The position numbers and the translations under genes were made by a program. 58,754 nucleotides of DNA, from positions 62,001 to 120,754 of the forward strand of contig NW_026940465.1 of the NCBI RefSeq assembly GCF_032062105.1. Direction: 5' to 3'. Under the pieces are notes generated by a model, which saw only the letters and a list, made by a program, of their open reading frames with translations, did no database searches and was not told where the DNA came from. This document shows, one piece after another, positions 53,001 through 58,754 of this stretch; position 1 is the first letter of the stretch; the number at the start of each line of letters is the position of its first letter. The DNA is from Saccostrea cucullata (lineage: Eukaryota).

Positions 53001-55437
53001 GAATCTAAAAACAAGTCCTAATACATCAGAACACATTAATGAACAACCCTTTTTACCGAGCCTTAATTCTTACCCGGGAAGCAATGTTTCACGAATACCA
53101 GCGAACGGTTTGTACGCAACGCCCATATTCGAAGACGAGGCAATTAATGTTAATACGCCATTGCTACAGCAATCACCTTCGTCACATAATCGTAATGGAG
53201 GCCATTATAAACAAATTCAACGAAACGTCAGTGATAGCAATCTTATGGCCCACCAATCCCCTCCGCAAATTCCACAGAGTATAAGTGCACCAGCTGGTTC
53301 CAAAAGATATAGCACTGGTGGTTCCCGAGGTTCTATGGATACGAATGATAGAAATAACCATAAAGAAAAATACACCGCACCTTATTACGCTTCGGTGCAA
53401 CCAATCAGAAAGCCTAGTCAAATTCCGGTGAGTCCGCCTAAAGGTCCACTTGTCACGAAGCCGTGTCAGGTAGTTAGTCCCACCGTGCCTATGATCAGAC
53501 CCACTCCTTTTGTCATGGCGGGGGCGGTACCAGAGTTACGTCACGCCGTCAAAGCGGCGCCGGGTCTACAAGCACGGAAAGTTCAAAATGCGCCACCTAT
53601 CATGCCGTTCGGAAATCCTTCGTTTTTCAACCAAGGCGAGTACGACCGACCAGATCCCAGTGATATTCCCGAGGAAAGCCGAATGATGATTACAAACATG
53701 TTGAAAGAGCTGAACCAGGTCGTAAGTCCTTCACATCCAAATCGGAGAAGGATGAACAAGATGGAAGACGACGAAAAAGTGCATAACAGAAATTCATCAG
53801 ACGATATTTTCGTCACAGCTACTTATCGTGAACCACTTAGTCCTCATCAAGCTTTTCATGCTCCACAACAGGTTCCTCAGCAAGGCTTACCCGTTAGTCC
53901 TATCAGAAAACCTCCATCTCCTCTTCATGGGCACCAGAAAGGCTTAGTTTCTCCTCCAAGACAAAGTCCAAAATCTTCCCCTGTTAAAAGAAGTATCTTT
54001 GAAAGAACCGAAGAGGAAAATTCGAGGTGCTCGATTTCACCTCCTCCGCCCCCTATACCCCCAAAACCTAATCTGGAAGGAGGACGAAGAGTGTCAAGGG
54101 GGTCCCGAGCCAGTAGCACATCTTCCCAGTCCACTCTAACGCCTTCACCTGCTTTAGTGGCAAACATCGATGGAAGAACTATGTCTATTATGTCCAGTCC
54201 TGAGGACGAAGCGTTTCAGCAATCTAATGCTCAACCCCCGCCGCTACCTGTCAGAAGAATGCAAACAGATAAAGAGTTACAACGAACTGCAGAAGTTAGA
54301 CCTAATGCAGTTGTACAGCGCAGCAATTCAAGTCCCAGAGTTAAGCCGAGATCTTCGCAAATGCATCACAGGAGAGAAATACTTACGCCGGTAATGCATT
54401 CCGATGATGATAGGGAATCCACTAGTTCTAAACCCTTCAGCGAGCATTCTTCTGTGGTGCTTTTACAACCAATTGAATTAAAACTTGCAAGGCCTGCATA
54501 CGTAAAGCAACTTTCTTGTCCTGCAGACGACTGCTACACACAATATACTCGTGCCTTTCTCGCAAACACTGACTATATGATATCGAATCTCGATCGCAAT
54601 TTCTCTAGGTCAAGCGACACGATTTATTCAAGTTTTTCACACGGTCCACCAACGCCAAAATTTCCTGTTCTGAGTTCCGCAGCGTCATCGTCTTTGACCC
54701 AGTTACTGCAGGAACTGGCTGGGGAGCAATCCAGCAAAAATCAAGATATTTTCTTCAAGCAAGAACATTCTCAACCTTCGAAATCAGAGGACACGGAAGG
54801 TCAGAAGAAGAATTCTCATGCATTTGGAAAACCGCCCTCAAGTGGACAAGCTGGACATAGTTCTAAAAGAAAGCCAACACGACTACCAGTTCCTGTAAAA
54901 GCAAAACAAAATTCCCCTGTAAAAGAATCATCAGCGAAACCAAATCTGGTTCAAAACTCATTTCAAGTCAAACGACGCGGCAACTTTACAATGCCTGTAA
55001 GGCCCTGCAAAAGCCTTGACTATATTCCAAGCGATAGAGAGGATAATGCGTCATCAGCCGCGTCATCAAATTGTGGAAGTCCTAAAATGACGCGGGATTA
55101 CATTGATCCGTTTTATCAAGCTAGAATTGAGGAGTATCTGGCTGGAAGAAACCTTCTTGGACTTGAAAGTTTGAGTTTGTCGTCCATAGCTAGCAGTAGT
55201 GAAATGTCAAAGAGCGATCCTGCCCTGAATATGGACTCGGGATCGGCGGCGTATGAATCCGAATACGACAATTATCGCCCAGGCATGACAAGTGATGAGG
55301 ACTATTTTATATCTGACCCCTTCAGCGACCTTGAAATGTTAGATGAGCTTGATATTGATCACGTGACCGTTAGTGATCAGTTTAGTATTGATTTACCCGT
55401 ACCAGGGTTACAAAAGAAAACAACAACGGAAGTGTAA
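19441..55437 (+). CDS. Ac78C: Membrane (12-TM) adenylyl cyclase, Drosophila Ac78C / ADCY8-like, ~2063 aa, 21 coding exons
   Basis: Exons, all GT-AG and phase-consistent: 19441-20067, 38233-38382, 39093-39214, 40070-40181, 40933-41060, 41683-41841, 41958-42099, 43408-43584, 45596-45654, 47012-47159, 47587-47684, 47937-48021, 48798-48893, 49034-49290, 49651-49771, 50205-50321, 50909-51055, 51161-51259, 51649-51766, 52090-52214, 52333-55437 (total 6192 nt). C1a contains [29 protein letters not shown] and MRVGLHTG...[11 protein letters not shown]2a contains [49 protein letters not shown] and VKGKGDM. Both metal-binding Asp, the ATP-specifying Lys/Asp and the Asn/Arg are present. The Ac78C subtype call rests on recalled similarity of the M2 region ([14 protein letters not shown]; [12 protein letters not shown]) and needs a phylogeny. 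Confidence 0.95.
20620..22477. mobile_element. Non-autonomous foldback-like DNA transposon (IS3EU-like termini) with long arms of 21-bp tandem repeats
   Basis: Perfect 69-bp outer TIR (20620-20688 / 22409-22477), TAT...ATA ends, and a 6-bp TSD CTTTAG (20614-20619, 22478-22483). The arms are >20 copies each of cattatatgatgtggttaaat in opposite orientations, around a ~750-bp unique non-coding core. Confidence 0.85.
26236..26350. repeat. Dispersed repeat fragment (retroelement-end-like); further copies at ~35270-35350 and ~56700-56760
   Basis: Shared cacggcgggtgtgaccggtcg...atgctcactcct...ggcacctgatcccac. Confidence 0.55.
28536..28780 (-). mobile_element. Degenerate SINE copy of the same family as 31949-32228, with a tRNA-like B-box remnant
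   Basis: tatattgtttaacgaccctctcga...ctcggtttatacggtctcatccgaagga matches the 32-kb copy; gagattcgaac (GTTCGAATC on the minus strand) is B-box-like. A related head lies at ~43897-43992 and a tail fragment at ~29805-29866. Confidence 0.6.
30301..31440 (-). mobile_element. Non-autonomous Helentron/HINE-like element in reverse orientation, ~148-bp repeat core
   Basis: On the minus strand: 5' hairpin atgttccccaa-acgaag-ttggggaacat (31410-31437), (ATT)n/(CTT)n microsatellite, ~6 units rich in gcacgtgcatgcacgtg, 3' subTIR tttggggaacat (30334-30345), hairpin tgtaacgg-tac-ccgttaca and a CTAGTT end. Confidence 0.8.
31691..32329. mobile_element. TTAA-flanked non-autonomous DNA transposon (Kolobok-like) carrying a nested SINE
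   Basis: ttaa|agcaatatgagctgcat ... atgcagctcatattgct|ttaa: 17-bp perfect TIR and TTAA TSD. Confidence 0.75.
31949..32228 (-). mobile_element. 5'-truncated SINE resembling bivalve Meta/Deu(Nin)-domain SINEs, with a (CAAT)n tail
   Basis: The minus strand has cttgcttgtcgtaaaaggcgac (Meta-like), ccttcggatgagaccgtataaaccgagg (Deu-like) and an (AATC)n tail. A 13-bp TSD tggttttattgat lies at 31942-31954 and 32229-32241. The family assignment is from recall. Confidence 0.75.
36189..37943 (+). mobile_element. Non-autonomous Helentron/HINE-like element with a ~110-147-bp repeat core
   Basis: 5' hairpin tagctcttctgagcc-aaa-ggctcaaagagcta and (GCGGTGT)n at ~36238-36284. About 9 units carry atcatcaaactttgtcagttgatgcatcttggg and aaaagtaggtcacNgtgacctactttt. 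3' end: tcagaagagc, hairpin aggccc-tt-gggcct and cttgttt. Confidence 0.85.
38595..38797. mobile_element. TA-flanked MITE (Tc1/mariner-type); inverted sister copy at 42679-42890
   Basis: ta-ctgtaaaatcac ... gtgatttcacag-ta, with internal ttcgNgg/ccacgaa motifs shared with the second copy. Confidence 0.7.
40228..40420. mobile_element. TA-flanked MITE (pogo/Tigger-like TIR)
   Basis: ta-cagtgaaacctgtctaatccgaca ... tgtcggattagacaggtttcgcta-ta. Confidence 0.75.
41091..41294. mobile_element. TTAA-flanked MITE (Kolobok-like); second copy at ~44848-45055
   Basis: ttaa|aggggctgagg...actcccagcctcc|ttaa; the ~200-bp body aligns by eye with the 44.85-kb copy. Confidence 0.65.
42679..42890. mobile_element. 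TA-flanked MITE, same family as 38595-38797
   Basis: ta-ctgtgaaatcac ... gtgatcttacag-ta. Confidence 0.7.
45928..46717 (+). mobile_element. HINE-like element with a degenerate 5' end and a core of ~166-bp units resembling the oyster Cg170 satellite
   Basis: Units begin aaaatcttcttctcaagaaccactgggccagg at ~46080, 46231, 46397 and 46561. 3' end: gctcaggtgagc, hairpin ggccc-ct-gggcc and tcttgttt. The Cg170 similarity is from recall. Confidence 0.8.
52333..55437 (+). CDS. Adenylyl cyclase terminal exon: end of C2a plus ~1000-aa Ser/Pro-rich C2b tail
   Basis: Acceptor cctag/52333, reading [34 protein letters not shown] and continuing open to ...KKTTTEV*. Confidence 0.9.
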
Positions 55438-55556
55438 TGATTGTTTTTATAGAACGATTAAAACTAGAAACATTTCCAACGACAGTATTCCAAGAAAAGA
55501 AAGGAATATGATGATGTATAATTTATTGACGTCATCTTTGTGAATAATTGTGAAAT

Positions 55557-55559
<3 letters not shown>

Positions 55560-55589
<30 letters not shown>
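55560..55589. repeat. (GA)n microsatellite in the presumed 3' UTR of the cyclase
   Basis: Direct reading. Confidence 0.9.
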
Positions 55590-55592
<3 letters not shown>

Positions 55593-57459
55593 GAGTATTG
55601 CAGTGTCTTTTGTGTTTTATAAGAATACTCATTATTATGGTATCTGTCATGTAAAAATGAATGTTATTTAAATTTATGAACTTGGTGCTTTTTGTCCAGA
55701 GATATTACTTGATTAATGTAAAAAAAAATGACGCATTTTTTGTGCTTATTTTTTCCCACAGTAGTGTTCATTGTAAGAAACCCTTTATTGAAGTGACAAG
55801 TTGCAGTTCAAGCCTTGTGAATTAAATGTGAGATTATAAATAAATGACGTTTGTCTTCTATTATAGCTGAATTCAACTCTACTCCATGGAAGTATAAAAT
55901 TTCTAACACCTGGAGATATTGAAATTAAGGACATACAAAACGCAGTTTTGAACTTTATTTTGCTTTTCTTAAAGACGGAGCAATAGCACAATGACGATGA
56001 TATGATAGCACTACTGAGCACCAAATATAGCTAAGTGAATATCATTTCATCGTGATGGTCATATATGGCACCACAGTCATGGTACTATCATGTCATCAAT
56101 ATCGCACCATCGCACTGCATACTGACCTAATCCTCGATAATGCGATGATGTGTTAAGGAATTACATCTGGATTCCTTACATTTACAAATTACAGTGTACA
56201 AGATTTCAATTTTTCTTAGCATTTTATGTATATATATGTACTTGTATTAATCCAGAAATTGTTGGCCTCCTTAATTACTACAAAACTATATGATTAAGAT
56301 AAATGACCGACTTTTCTATCGCCAACTCACCTTTTGTAGCCATCTACTTGGAACTATTATCTGCATGTGCAGTTTTTCGTCTCCTAGTTGATTCGATACA
56401 AGGGTATTCTCTATGTACGAACGATTATGGATTTCTAAAATGACCTGAGCTTTTGACAAAAAAGTGTGGGTTCAAGGAAAACAACAGATTCTGAACCATT
56501 TGAAGACAAAATGATTGATTCAATGACGTAAGCAAAAACAATCAATCTAAAAGTCAAATACTGACTAACAGTTTTCATACAAATTGTTCGCCATTTGATT
56601 ATTTTCACAATGTCCTCTGTATACTTTTCCCCCATTTGCCCGATAATGACAACATGCTCATTAAGATTGAACCGGTCGACATGGAAAACTTTCTTTTCCA
56701 AGGCATCTGATTCACCTCTGGTGTTTTAGGGGTCCATGCTTGCTCTGCTTCCAATGTATTTTTTTTTCCAGGGACTTGCATTTGTCTTCTCGTGTATCAT
56801 ACATGGTATTAATGACGTTGATTTGACAAAGGATAATTATGATTACTTATGACACGCCTTGTCTCTGTTTATAATACATGTACCTTCATAATTAAATTTA
56901 TCGCCACTGCTTGATAAGGAAACATTTTTTGTCCATATGAACAAGAAAACCCATTCAATGCTTTCGTCAAAGGAAATAAAAGATAGAGAGTTACATGTAG
57001 TGAAGGAAAAGTGCAGCAAAATGTATGGAATCAATCGACGTTTGAAAAAATGAAATCAATTCAAAAAATCACTGATCATTCGAAAGACCCTTAAATTTGA
57101 GTAAGTACAGTGTATCACAATTATTTTCTTTCTAAAATTCCATTCTTTCTAATATTTGATCTTCATTTTAAAAAAAATTATTAACGAAGACCAAAGTTTT
57201 GGCGGGAAAAATATCTTGCTTTTAAAAAACCTCTTCAGTCGAAAGTTTGGTGATGAATGCTACTCTTTTTGCTTGAAATTCATTTTGTCTCTTCACGTTC
57301 TGTCAGCACGTTTGTTAATAAAAACTGTTAGACTAAATATTCCTTCCTATGTAAGAACACGAACCAAAGACACGAAGCGAGCTCTTTCGGCGACTGAGAT
57401 ATACATAATAGAACAAACCAGTAGATTCAAATCTTATCAGCTTTTATTCAGTTTATTTC

Positions 57460-58419
57460 TTACAATCTAGATCTGTTGGAACACGTTGTTCTCTCACAAA
57501 CGTATCCCATTCTGAGGCTGGAGATGGACGGAACTTTCGTCCAATCCAGATCCTCCTTCAGAATAGCAGCGTATTCAGTGTTGCCGACGTCAAACCGAGG
57601 GCGGAGAGACATCCGGCCACCACGTGATACTGGATCACGTTGCATTTGGTCACGTGCTACTGTGTTGGATGATAATGGGTTACGAGGCAAAGTGTCGCGG
57701 GGCCTTTGGGAATCTAGCATGGAAGGTTCTGAGAAATGTGTATAGATCATCTGGGAGCCGTCTGCCCAAGTCCAGAGGCCGCCATTTTCTGACCTTCCAC
57801 CTATGAACCATCCATCACCTCCTTCGTCTGAGTAGATTAAAATGTCATATAATATAAAAATTTGCAATTATTTTGTTCAGAAGAATATAATTATAGAACA
57901 CAACGCATTATTTAAATATAATCGCCCTGAGGTCTGTTCAACAAAGCGAACGTTCGCGAGCGCTCGTCAAAATTCCTTTTACCTCCAACAGAAATTTTTG
58001 CGAGCACTCGCTCTGTTGAACAGGCCTCAGGTGTTATGTATAGTCACTTATGAGTTTAGACTTAACAATTTATACATACCGCTTAAATATATCGCAGGGA
58101 TTTTTTTTTAAAATGTAAATTTTTACATTCATTGAATCATCAGTTAATTTCTTTTTATACATAATCATATAAAATTAAAATTTCGACTCTTGTCGCTTTT
58201 TATCATATCGGAAAAAAAATATTTGATCCTGTAGACATATGATATACTAACTGCATTGAGCTGCCAGAAGAGCCTTAAGGGCATCGTCCTCTTTTCTGCT
58301 GTCAATCCTTACGAGGTCCCAGCCGACTTGTCTACGGCATTCAGTGCGAGCCTGTTCCCACGTGGTCTCATAGCCGCTATAGCTGATGATTTTATAACGG
58401 TCACCACCATATGCCGCAT
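57460..58419 (-). CDS. C-type lectin domain protein, last two exons (58419-58252 and 57827-57460); 5' exon(s) lie beyond the window or were not identified
   Basis: Minus-strand acceptor tttatacag/58419, donor A/gttagt, acceptor ctactcag/57827, with matching phase. The protein shows CTLD landmarks: TTWEQARTEC, DLVRIDSRKEDDAL, WFIGG, WTWADGS, YTHF and GYVCE. Confidence 0.85.
57926..58031. mobile_element. Small MITE in the lectin intron (Harbinger-like)
   Basis: cctgaggtctgttcaaca ... tgttgaacaggcctcagg. Confidence 0.6.
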
Positions 58420-58754
58420 CTGTATAAAGGAAACGAACGGAAAAAAAAAAAAAACGTTTCAAAATAATAAATTTCAAAATAATAATAAAAAAAATTCGAA
58501 ATTGAAGCATGTAAAATCAAGTAAACTTAATGTACCAATGAGGTGCTTACATGTAGTACAAAGCACATTTAAGTTACATATGGGACCGGTATGTAAATTA
58601 TCTATATTGAAGACATTCAAATTGTTTTCAATATCCATCAATTTATTTGTATTAATAAGCAAGATCATACCATTTGTGTTTTGAATTTGTGATTCAAAAA
58701 TCAGTGGGTATGTATGCTTTTCTGATGAAAATGGATAGTGGATTGATTACGAGA

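Noticed and set aside
52623-54394. Alternative-frame and antisense ORFs within the cyclase last exon (likewise within 2329-3719)
   Set aside because: Short shadow ORFs of a genuine long coding exon.

Overview
AT-rich, intron-rich eukaryotic DNA. The repeat content suggests a bivalve, probably an oyster (inference). From left to right the window contains four main elements. (1) The 3' end of a DIRS1-type tyrosine-recombinase retrotransposon, with its internal complementary region and right terminus (1-~1411). (2) The last two exons of a gene encoding an acidic, low-complexity protein with a C-terminal WH2-like actin-binding motif (2301-5695, +). (3) A complete membrane adenylyl cyclase gene with 21 coding exons (19441-55437, +, ~2063 aa, Ac78C/ADCY8-like). 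It has an 18-kb first coding intron and a ~1000-aa disordered C-terminal tail ending in a class I PDZ ligand. (4) The last two exons of an atypical C-type lectin gene (57460-58419, -). The introns hold four non-autonomous Helentron-like elements with tandem-repeat cores, a foldback-like 1.86-kb DNA element with 21-bp repeat arms and a 6-bp TSD, SINEs and many MITEs. The most unusual observations are an in-phase duplicated 31-nt candidate micro-exon that would delete the last transmembrane helix of the cyclase, the cyclase tail, the foldback element and the remodelled lectin domain. I found no prokaryote-type system such as CRISPR.
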